From positions 1 through 33,135 of the IMG/VR virus record IMGVR_UViG_3300044676_004445: a DNA stretch of 33,135 nucleotides; one strand, given 5' to 3'. This stretch comes from a virus. Taxonomy: Duplodnaviria; Caudoviricetes. Shown one piece after another: positions 19,020 to 26,615 of this stretch (the stretch's first letter is position 1; every line of letters starts with the position of its first letter). Position numbers and translations under genes: made by a program. The notes beneath the pieces are model-generated. The model did not search any database. It saw nothing but the letters and a program-made list of their open reading frames with translations, and was not told where the DNA came from.

Positions 19020-19606
19020 CCACTAATTTTCCGTCGTCGCTTGATTCGTTTACGAATCCGTCTGCTACTGATGCGATGGATTCTGTGACGGTTCCTCACG
19101 CTACTCAGCACGCTGATTTGAATGATGCTGTGGAGGCACTTGAGGCGAAGGTGGGTGTGGATGGTTCTGCGGTCACCAGCAGTTTGGATTATCAGTTGAA
19201 CGCCATCGGTGCCTACACTGCCTACACGCCCAGTTCAACTGGTGGTCTGACGTTGGGTAACGGCACGATTCAAACCTTTTACACAAGAATAAACGATTTT
19301 GTTCACACCTACGGTTCGGTAAGTTTAGGTTCAACGTCGTCAGTCGCTCCCTATGTTGATATTGCGCTACCCGTTACTAATGCTACGAGTACGTTTGAAT
19401 CGCCTACTGGCAATGCGTTGTTTTGGGATAGCAGCATGTTCATTTGGAAAGGCACAACAATTAGTGTTGGCACTACAACGGTCAGGTTGATAGCCGAACT
19501 AGCAAGCGGTACTTATACGAGATACGCAGATTTGACCGCAAATGTTCCGTTCACATGGGCAACCTCTGATGCGATGGTTTGGAACATTATGTACAGGGCG
19601 GCATGA
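19016..19606 (+). CDS. fibre/spike protein 3, 196 aa
   Basis: Shares the TNFP.S.D.FTNP...H..QHA..NDA.EA anchor; C-terminal AYTP...TLGNGT...YTRIN...LPV...PFTWATSD tip domain. Confidence 0.78.
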   Translation: MTTNFPSSLDSFTNPSATDAMDSVTVPHATQHADLNDAVEALEAKVGVDGSAVTSSLDYQLNAIGAYTAYTPSSTGGLTLGNGTIQTFYTRINDFVHTYGSVSLGSTSSVAPYVDIALPVTNATSTFESPTGNALFWDSSMFIWKGTTISVGTTTVRLIAELASGTYTRYADLTANVPFTWATSDAMVWNIMYRAA

Positions 19607-19607
19607 C

Positions 19608-19769
19608 ATGGTAACCGTAACTTGCACTAATGAAGCGTGCGTATCACACGCGATTGAATGGAACTTTGCAGGCAATCCTGATGTTGTCGAATGTGGCGGT
19701 TGTCACGAAATGTTGACACCAACCGATCTTCGTGATGACCCGCCCATGCCACAACTACCACCGTTCTAA
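19608..19769 (+). CDS. 53-aa Cys-containing protein (CTNEAC...CGGC), possible chaperone or tip partner of fibre 3
   Basis: ATG 1 nt after the fibre 3 stop; four Cys; Pro-rich tail. Confidence 0.6.
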   Translation: MVTVTCTNEACVSHAIEWNFAGNPDVVECGGCHEMLTPTDLRDDPPMPQLPPF

Positions 19770-19780
19770 GTAGGTAGCGG

Positions 19781-20857
19781 ATGGCACGCCTATACGACAC
19801 CTCCAGCGACTACCAAGAACACATTGACTACTCGGGCGAACCCGCAGACGTAGACACCTACGACTCAGACCTCACATACGACCGAACAAAACTCTCATAC
19901 GACGGCGACCCAATCGACCTCGACCAGGGCTACGCGTCCACCTCGATCACCTACGCATCCAACGTCACCGGATACAACGGCAGCCGCACAATCGACACCA
20001 CCGCCACCGGAAGCGGGACCGGCGGATCAACCACAACAGGTGTCCGCATCGCGTTCCGCACCGCCACAGGCGACGGGGCAGGAACCTCCAACGCAACCGG
20101 GCTACACGTCGCACCCCGAACCGCAACAGCAGACGGCACAGGCACCTCAACCAGCAGCGGCCTACACATAGCCCCACGGACAGCAACCGGCAACGGTACA
20201 GGCACATCAAACAATGCGATCCTGCACAAACTTCTTCGCACCGGCTACGGCACAGGCGGCGCAACCACCGGCGACACCGCTATCGGGCTACACAAACATT
20301 TACGCACCGCAACCGGCACAGGCGACGGCACATCTGCCGTCGTACAGGTACGCATCACGTTCGCTACAGGCACAGCGTCCGGCACAGGCACCTCGTCTAC
20401 TACCGGCCTGCACATTGCGCCACGCACAGCCACAGGCTCAGGTGACGGCACACAATCCGCTACCGGTCTGCATATCGCACCACGCACAGCAACCGGAGCA
20501 GGCACCGGAACCGACAGCTCGCAAGGGCTACACATCGCGCCACGCACCGCATCCAACACTGGCACCGGGGCAGACATCCCAGCCACCTGGACAAAAAGCC
20601 TCATCTTCAGGCCACCCGCACAAGACGACTTCCCGTTTGCCGAATACCCGCCTCGAGGAAAAGCACACCGCCTCTACGGATTCTTCGCACCAGGAGTACG
20701 AGCTCGCAACGTGTACAAGCTGACCGACGGCACTTACACCAACGTCGACCCACGCAACGACAACCTCGTCGTCAAAACCTATCTAGGCGCACACGAAAAC
20801 TTTGTGACCGCAGAAGAAAAAGCCGATCTAGTAGCAGCAGGATACGAGGTGACCTGA
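19781..20857 (+). CDS. repeat-containing virion protein (three Tyr triads, ten ~20-aa Gly/Thr repeats, C-terminal domain), 358 aa
   Basis: LHIAPRTATGxGxGTxxxxG repeats; C-terminal domain homologous to the next gene. Confidence 0.8.
   Translation: MARLYDTSSDYQEHIDYSGEPADVDTYDSDLTYDRTKLSYDGDPIDLDQGYASTSITYASNVTGYNGSRTIDTTATGSGTGGSTTTGVRIAFRTATGDGAGTSNATGLHVAPRTATADGTGTSTSSGLHIAPRTATGNGTGTSNNAILHKLLRTGYGTGGATTGDTAIGLHKHLRTATGTGDGTSAVVQVRITFATGTASGTGTSSTTGLHIAPRTATGSGDGTQSATGLHIAPRTATGAGTGTDSSQGLHIAPRTASNTGTGADIPATWTKSLIFRPPAQDDFPFAEYPPRGKAHRLYGFFAPGVRARNVYKLTDGTYTNVDPRNDNLVVKTYLGAHENFVTAEEKADLVAAGYEVT
19982..20587 (+). repeat. ten tandem ~60-bp coding repeats
   Basis: Residues 68-269: nine 20-aa units and one 22-aa unit; degenerate at the DNA level. 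Confidence 0.85.
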
Positions 20858-21144
20858 TGGCAACATTCACACCCCCAACCGACAACCTATACAACCTTTC
20901 AGACTTCGACGTACAAGAACCGTTCACCGCTGAACGACGACTCGCCTACTCATTCCTACGGCACTACGCACCGCTACCTCGAGGACGAAACATCTTCAAA
21001 CTTGCTGACGGCACCTATGTAGAGAACGAACCAGCAGACAGGAGCACCGTCACCGTCACCTACTACGGCGGTCACGACCACGAAGTTGACGCCACAGAAG
21101 CATCAGCACTCACAGCAGCAGGCTACGGCGACTATATTTCATAG
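20857..21144 (+). CDS. hypothetical protein, stand-alone paralogue of the upstream C-terminal domain, 95 aa
   Basis: F.PP...R.RN.[YF]KL.DGTY...P...TY.G.H...V...E...L.AAGY shared with residues 276-358 of the upstream protein. Confidence 0.8.
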   Translation: MATFTPPTDNLYNLSDFDVQEPFTAERRLAYSFLRHYAPLPRGRNIFKLADGTYVENEPADRSTVTVTYYGGHDHEVDATEASALTAAGYGDYIS

Positions 21145-21146
21145 CC

Positions 21147-21413
21147 ATGAAACACCGTGAAACACACCCGAACCTCGACGTAGATGATTGTTTCGGTTGC
21201 CGGATCGCAGGAGTAGCATTCGCAGCCTCATCGATGCCTTCCCGCAAGATCTCAACAAACGACATTGATGCTACGGAACGCCGCTGGTCAAAAGACATGG
21301 ACGCCTACAAACGGTTGAAACAGGACGGGTTACAGCCGGCACAAATCGATGGTGCAGCAAACATTGAGAAGAAAGCAGATCACCCGTCTCAGGTAGTAAC
21401 AGGGATTCTGTAG
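21147..21413 (+). CDS. hypothetical protein with H...H...CFGC motif, 88 aa
   Basis: Coupled ORF; possible metal-binding N-terminus. Confidence 0.7.
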   Translation: MKHRETHPNLDVDDCFGCRIAGVAFAASSMPSRKISTNDIDATERRWSKDMDAYKRLKQDGLQPAQIDGAANIEKKADHPSQVVTGIL

Positions 21414-21426
21414 TACAATTGGCGCA
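21414..21426 (+). promoter_or_regulatory. candidate -10 (TACAAT) giving a leaderless transcript for the basic-protein cluster
   Basis: TACAAT at 21414-21419, 6 nt before ATG 21426; no SD. Confidence 0.55.
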
Positions 21427-21683
21427 TGGCTGTGTACCGTGGCAAAAACGTGGAGCTGAACTCGCCTCGTCGCATCCGCAAGGGTGAACCAGGGTACGGC
21501 CGAAAGAAGTCTGTTGTGTTCGTCAAGGACGGAGCAAAAGTTAAAAAAGTAATGTACGGCGATCCGAACATGAAGATCAAGAAGCAGGATCCTGCCCGCA
21601 AAAAGTCATTTGATGCACGTCACAACTGTGATAATCCGGGTCCGAAAACAAAAGCCCGGTACTGGAGTTGTAAGGCATGGTAG
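21426..21683 (+). CDS. small basic phage protein (RKKSFDARHNC...ARYWSCKAW type), 85 aa
   Basis: Recognisable V.YGDPNMKIK...RKSF.ARH.C...ARYWSC motif of small aquatic-phage proteins. Confidence 0.8.
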   Translation: MAVYRGKNVELNSPRRIRKGEPGYGRKKSVVFVKDGAKVKKVMYGDPNMKIKKQDPARKKSFDARHNCDNPGPKTKARYWSCKAW

Positions 21684-21838
21684 CGAAGAAAGCGTTTTGG
21701 GATAAACCAAACCCTGTCAAAAAGTCGAAAAAAATGTCTCCTGCACAGGTGAAAGCGGCTAAAGCTCGAGCGAAGAAAGCAGGCCGGAAGTATCCGAACC
21801 TAGTTGATAACGCTGCAATGGCGAGAAAGAAGAAGTGA
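21677..21838 (+). CDS. Lys-rich microprotein, 53 aa (MVAKKAFWDKPNP...AKARAKKAGRKYPNLVDNAAMARKKK)
   Basis: Translated by hand; overlaps the upstream stop; 18 K/R. Confidence 0.75.
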   Translation: MVAKKAFWDKPNPVKKSKKMSPAQVKAAKARAKKAGRKYPNLVDNAAMARKKK

Positions 21839-21839
21839 C

Positions 21840-21974
21840 ATGGCTCATTACGGTGGCGTATATATGAAGAAGAAGGGCGGGAAGTCTGCCCAGTCAAACG
21901 GTCCTGGTTCCAAATCGTTCGGTCCTGCCTTGTCCACAGCGGAATCAAAGGCAAAGAAGGGCAAGAAACGCTGA
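21840..21974 (+). CDS. Lys-rich microprotein, 44 aa (MAHYGGVYMKKKGGKS...KAKKGKKR)
   Basis: Translated by hand; fills the gap exactly; TGATG overlap with the next ORF. Confidence 0.65.
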   Translation: MAHYGGVYMKKKGGKSAQSNGPGSKSFGPALSTAESKAKKGKKR

Positions 21975-22075
21975 TGCCGATGAAAAAGAAGAAAGCTCCC
22001 GCTGGCTATCATTACATGCCGAACGGGAAACTGATGAAAGATTCAGCACACAAAGGACGTAAGAAGAAGAAGTGA
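21974..22075 (+). CDS. Lys-rich microprotein, 33 aa (MPMKKKKAPAGYHYMPNGKLMKDSAHKGRKKKK)
   Basis: Translated by hand; TGATG and GTGA overlaps on both sides; GYHYMPNGKLMK motif. Confidence 0.72.
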   Translation: MPMKKKKAPAGYHYMPNGKLMKDSAHKGRKKKK

Positions 22076-22953
22076 CTACAGCAGGTCAGTTGATTGACCG
22101 TGTTGCTGGCGAACTGTTAGCAGGAACGGTAGAGGAACGTAACAAGGTTGCGACAGGTATTGACGCGTCTACAACCACAGTGACGTTTACCTATCCGCTG
22201 TCTGGTTTGCGTGAAGGTTCCGTCTTTGAGATCGGTTCGGAACAGATGTATGTGTGGACAACGAACTCGTCCGCCAAATCAGCTGTCGTAGAACGAGGCT
22301 TCAATGGCACTACCGCAGCATCACACGACGCTGAAGATATTGCTACCGTCAACCCCCGGTTCCCACGGCACCGGGTTCTCGCCCAACTCAACGCAGAACT
22401 AGCCGACCTGTCATCACCGTTAAACGGCCTGTTCCAAATGGCAACACTCGATGTTGCTTACAACGGTTCTGACCGCATGGTGAACTTGACTGGTGTCACT
22501 AACATCCTCGATTTATATGACGTCCGGCTTCGCTATCTGAACGACGACTACCCGGTTATCCGTTCGGTTCGTTTGCTACGAGACATGCCGACCAGCGACT
22601 TTGCTTCAGGTAACGCTTTGGCATTCGACTCTGCTGTTCGGGCAGGCAGTCTCCGGGTTTCATATAAAGCTCCTTACGGCTCGTTCAGCACAGAATCTGA
22701 CACCGTTGCCGATGTCGGCGGTTCATCAAACATTGATGATTTGTTGGCGTTAGGTGCACAGATCCGTTTAATGGCTGGCCGTGAAATCAAACGCAACTTC
22801 ACCGAATCGCAGGGTGATACCCGTCGGGCAGAAGAAGTGCCATCCGGTGCCGTAGCGAACTCGATGCTGCAACTACAACGGTTGCGTCGTGACCGTGTAA
22901 TGGCCGAGGCCGCACGTCTAAACCGCCAGTATCCGATTCGTATCCGAAAGTAG
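22072..22953 (+). CDS. putative head-tail adaptor (tail tubular protein A-like), 293 aa
   Basis: MTTAGQLIDRV helical start, helical end, position before the nozzle-like gene. Confidence 0.6.
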   Translation: MTTAGQLIDRVAGELLAGTVEERNKVATGIDASTTTVTFTYPLSGLREGSVFEIGSEQMYVWTTNSSAKSAVVERGFNGTTAASHDAEDIATVNPRFPRHRVLAQLNAELADLSSPLNGLFQMATLDVAYNGSDRMVNLTGVTNILDLYDVRLRYLNDDYPVIRSVRLLRDMPTSDFASGNALAFDSAVRAGSLRVSYKAPYGSFSTESDTVADVGGSSNIDDLLALGAQIRLMAGREIKRNFTESQGDTRRAEEVPSGAVANSMLQLQRLRRDRVMAEAARLNRQYPIRIRK

Positions 22954-22959
22954 GCAGCG

Positions 22960-24810
22960 ATGTCGCTGATTACCTACACCACACCGTTCACGGGTGGACC
23001 GTCGTTCTATACAGGTATTTCTGGTGCCTCCGATTTGGTGCCACACATTTTCCCGGTGTCGATTGATGGTCGTCCGTACATGCTTGATACTGCGTCTGGC
23101 CGGTATGCCCGCACGTTTGAGGCTCGGTTGAGGGATTCGGTTGACCAGTCTGATGTGCCTGGTGAGGCTGCGATTAACCCGCAGGGTTTGTGGAGGCGTG
23201 GTCAATCGTCTTGGCATTTCGGTTTCAACCAGAAGTATGGTGATTTGCCTGATAGCAATGTGGAGCGGTTTGAGGCTTCGTTGGGTGTGGATGTTTGGAC
23301 TGAGGGCGAACTCACGTTGTTGAATGATGTGAAGGTGTCGTCGTCTACTGCTGGCACGAACCTGTTTTTGGCTGTTGTTGGTGACGAGCTGTGGCACACC
23401 GATGGTTCTGACATCAAGTATTCGACCGATCCGTTTGCGGCTTCGCCTGTTTGGTCAACGATTCCTGGTACTGGCACGATTCGTGACATTCAAAGTATCG
23501 GCGGTGACGCATACGTCGTTTATGCCGGTACTGGTTCAACGCAAGGCATCGTCAAGGTTGACGGCGGGACACACACATTAGGTTCGGCTACTGCTTACGG
23601 TGTCCAGTTTGACAAAGTTGGTTACGCCAAAGGCCGTCTGGTCGCTAGTTCCACTACGTCCAGCAAACTGTGGTTTGACCCGTCCGGCAACAACCCGACC
23701 GCAGACTACACGCATCCTGACGGCAACTTCCGTTGGGTAGGTTTCGCAGCAGGCCAGAACGCCATCTACTGTGCAGGGTACTCCGGCCAAAAATCGTTAA
23801 TCTACAAGGTGACTATCCAGTCTGACGGCACCCTTGACACACCGGTTGTTGCTGCTGAACTGCCGTTCGGTGAACGTGTGTACAGTCTCGCCGGATATTT
23901 GGGATACATCCTTATCGGCACTAACGAGGGTTTGCGGTACGCCTCGGCTGATGCTGACGCAAACCTTGTTCTCGGTCAAACCATTGAGGGACCGAACCCG
24001 ATTCTGTGCGCTGACGGTTACCAACAGTATGTTTGGTGCGGTGTCACCGATTACACGGGGGATTACACGGGGCTTGGCCGTATCGACCTGTCACATTATG
24101 TTGATGTCAACGTCCCTGCCGCAGCCCCGGATCTGATGTACGAGGGTCAGGGCGACGTACAGAGTGTTGCTACGTTTGATTCTAAGCGGGTGTTCACGGT
24201 GTCAGGTGTCGGTGTGGTGGTTGAAGACACAGCGAACCTCATGGCTACCGGCTACTGCGAGACAGGTACTTGGCGTTGGGGTATCCCCGATCCGAAGTTC
24301 TTAGCGTTCTTTGACCTTGAGTATGAAACGCTAAACGGCACCATTGACGTTGACTACGCCTACGACGGTGGGAACTATGAGCGTCTTGGCACAGCAAACT
24401 TGCAGGGTGGCACCCTCACTTCGTTGTCTGGTTTAGATGACCAGTTCCGTCAAGCCAAATTCAAGGTCACGTTGAACCGTGACAGCGTTACCGCATCCGA
24501 GGGTCCGGTGTTGGCACGTTGGCAGGCACGGGCTGTACCGTCACCGTCACGTTCAGAGCTGTTCCAGATCCCTGTGTTGTTGCATCAACGCATTAACCGT
24601 TTCAACAGGGAATACAACGTGGATGTTGAGTTTGAGTTGAACAAACTGCGGGATCTGATTCACAACCCTCGCATCATCCAGTTCCAAACAGGTACGTCTG
24701 TCTACAAGACAATCGTTGAAAGTGTAGAATGGATACCTGTTGACCAACCCAACGACGACTATATTTTTGATGGGACTGCGACGGTGACGTTGCGCTCCCT
24801 TGTGGAGTAA
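22960..24810 (+). CDS. putative tail nozzle (tail tubular protein B-like, beta-propeller), 616 aa
   Basis: QSSWHFGFNQ, SLGVDVWTEGELTLL, beta-rich blades; size and position. Confidence 0.65.
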   Translation: MSLITYTTPFTGGPSFYTGISGASDLVPHIFPVSIDGRPYMLDTASGRYARTFEARLRDSVDQSDVPGEAAINPQGLWRRGQSSWHFGFNQKYGDLPDSNVERFEASLGVDVWTEGELTLLNDVKVSSSTAGTNLFLAVVGDELWHTDGSDIKYSTDPFAASPVWSTIPGTGTIRDIQSIGGDAYVVYAGTGSTQGIVKVDGGTHTLGSATAYGVQFDKVGYAKGRLVASSTTSSKLWFDPSGNNPTADYTHPDGNFRWVGFAAGQNAIYCAGYSGQKSLIYKVTIQSDGTLDTPVVAAELPFGERVYSLAGYLGYILIGTNEGLRYASADADANLVLGQTIEGPNPILCADGYQQYVWCGVTDYTGDYTGLGRIDLSHYVDVNVPAAAPDLMYEGQGDVQSVATFDSKRVFTVSGVGVVVEDTANLMATGYCETGTWRWGIPDPKFLAFFDLEYETLNGTIDVDYAYDGGNYERLGTANLQGGTLTSLSGLDDQFRQAKFKVTLNRDSVTASEGPVLARWQARAVPSPSRSELFQIPVLLHQRINRFNREYNVDVEFELNKLRDLIHNPRIIQFQTGTSVYKTIVESVEWIPVDQPNDDYIFDGTATVTLRSLVE

Positions 24811-24812
24811 CA

Positions 24813-26615
24813 ATGGCTAAGACACGCAGAGAATATGCAGGAGCAGCAGTATCTACCATCACAGGTAGCGAAATTAACGCTTCGCTGACTATTCAATTTT
24901 CTATTCAATCAACAACAAACTGGCCGTATGGTTCAAATCCGTTCTATGTAGTTGTTGAACCGGGGACTGCCTCTGAAGAAAAAATACTGGTTACCCGTAC
25001 AAATTCAGGCGATTCCACGCTTGCGATTGCGTCTGATTCTGACCGCGGGTTGGATGGCACGTCAGCTGTTTTCCACGGTTCTGGTGCGACGGTGTATCCA
25101 GTGTTCACTGCGGTGGATGCGGATGAAGCAAACGAGCTGGCTGCAATGTGGGAAGCAAAGGGTGACATTGTTTCGCATGGTGCTTCGACGTTTGCTCGTT
25201 TGGCGGTTGGTTCTGATGACACGGTGTTGATTGCTGATTCGTCGGCTGGTTCTGGTTTGTCGTGGGGTCAGGTTGGTACTGCGAATATTGCTGCGGATGC
25301 GGTGACAAACGCGAAGATCGCTGCTAACGCTGTTGATTCTGCTGAGATTGCCACTGGTGCGGTTGGTACTGACGAGTTGGCTGCTGATGCGGTGAACGGC
25401 ACCAAGATTGCTGCTGATGCGGTCGATGGCACCAAAATCGCTGATGAGTCGATTGACTCAGAGCATTATGTTGATGGCTCGATTGATACAGCGCATCTCG
25501 CTGCTGGTGCGGTCGATGGCACCATAATCGATAACAACGCAGTTACTAATGCCAAGTTGTCAAACATGGCGGCTCACACCGTTAAAGTTAGGCAGTCGTC
25601 TACAGGTGATCCACAAGACCTTGTTGTATCAGAGAATCGGGTTGTAGGACGCGCATCCGGTGGGACGGTTACCGGCGTACAAGTGCAAACTGATATGATC
25701 GCTAACGACGCTGTTGACGGCACGAAGATCGCTAACGATTCGATCAACTCTGAGCATTACGTTGATGAGTCAATCGACCGTGTGCATCTGGCTGCTGACA
25801 TTATTGACGGTACTAAGATTGCGAATGACGTAATCAATTCTGAGCATTACGTTAATGGCTCAATTGACAACGCCCACATCGCCAACAGCACGATCACATC
25901 TGCGAAAGTAGATACCAGCAGCATTTTGATAACCGGAAGCACAAGCCAGTCAAAGTCCGGTAAGTTGACGTTGACTTACTCTCAGCCTGACGATAACTGG
26001 GACGATTGCCAACTCATCATCAACTCTGGCGGGGATGCCGGTATCGCTTTGCGAAGCAACAACGATACAAGCAAACAGACCTTTATGATGCGGGCGGCTC
26101 GGAACCCCATTTCGGACCGTTCAGCGGCGTACTTCAGGACATCAGGAGATGACGGTGCCGCCGACGTGCTGGCAGCAGATTTCTACTCTGACACTGGATA
26201 CATTTTCTGTTCAAGTGCGGCTGTCTACAACCGGTTCCGGTTCAAAACAAACGGTTCTGGTTACCCTGATGCAGATATCAATTGCAAATCTGTAACGGAA
26301 ACTTCTGCACGCCGCTTCAAAGAAAACATTGTTGACGCATACGTCGCAACCGACACTGACGCAATTGAGTTGCTGAACGACATTGATTTTGCAGAGTTCT
26401 CATTTATCGGTGATGAATCGGAACGCCGTGTGAAAGGTGTTATTGCTGACGATCTTGTTGGTGTGATGCCTGAAGCAGTTATGTATGACGAGAACAACGA
26501 GGTTTCTGGTGTTGAAACGCAACGTATGACGTATCTGGCTTTGGGTGCGTTGAAGCAGGCGTTGAATAAGATTGATTCGTTGGAAGCCCGTATTGCAGAG
26601 TTGGAGAGTAACTAA
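24813..26615 (+). CDS. main tail fibre with 10-aa shaft repeats and a C-terminal S74-like chaperone, 600 aa
   Basis: IAADAVDGTK/IDSEHYVDGS repeats; TSARRFKENI, GVIADDL, MPEAV, terminal coiled coil. Confidence 0.85.
   Translation: MAKTRREYAGAAVSTITGSEINASLTIQFSIQSTTNWPYGSNPFYVVVEPGTASEEKILVTRTNSGDSTLAIASDSDRGLDGTSAVFHGSGATVYPVFTAVDADEANELAAMWEAKGDIVSHGASTFARLAVGSDDTVLIADSSAGSGLSWGQVGTANIAADAVTNAKIAANAVDSAEIATGAVGTDELAADAVNGTKIAADAVDGTKIADESIDSEHYVDGSIDTAHLAAGAVDGTIIDNNAVTNAKLSNMAAHTVKVRQSSTGDPQDLVVSENRVVGRASGGTVTGVQVQTDMIANDAVDGTKIANDSINSEHYVDESIDRVHLAADIIDGTKIANDVINSEHYVNGSIDNAHIANSTITSAKVDTSSILITGSTSQSKSGKLTLTYSQPDDNWDDCQLIINSGGDAGIALRSNNDTSKQTFMMRAARNPISDRSAAYFRTSGDDGAADVLAADFYSDTGYIFCSSAAVYNRFRFKTNGSGYPDADINCKSVTETSARRFKENIVDAYVATDTDAIELLNDIDFAEFSFIGDESERRVKGVIADDLVGVMPEAVMYDENNEVSGVETQRMTYLALGALKQALNKIDSLEARIAELESN

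Noticed and set aside
16943-19606. Diversity-generating retroelement or invertible shufflon behind the fibre paralogues
   Set aside because: No reverse transcriptase or invertase in the window, no adenine-specific TR/VR pair, and all copies are full genes in the same orientation
19982-20587. ~60-bp periodic repeats as a possible CRISPR array
   Set aside because: Degenerate, in-frame coding repeats with no constant repeat/unique spacer structure and no cas genes
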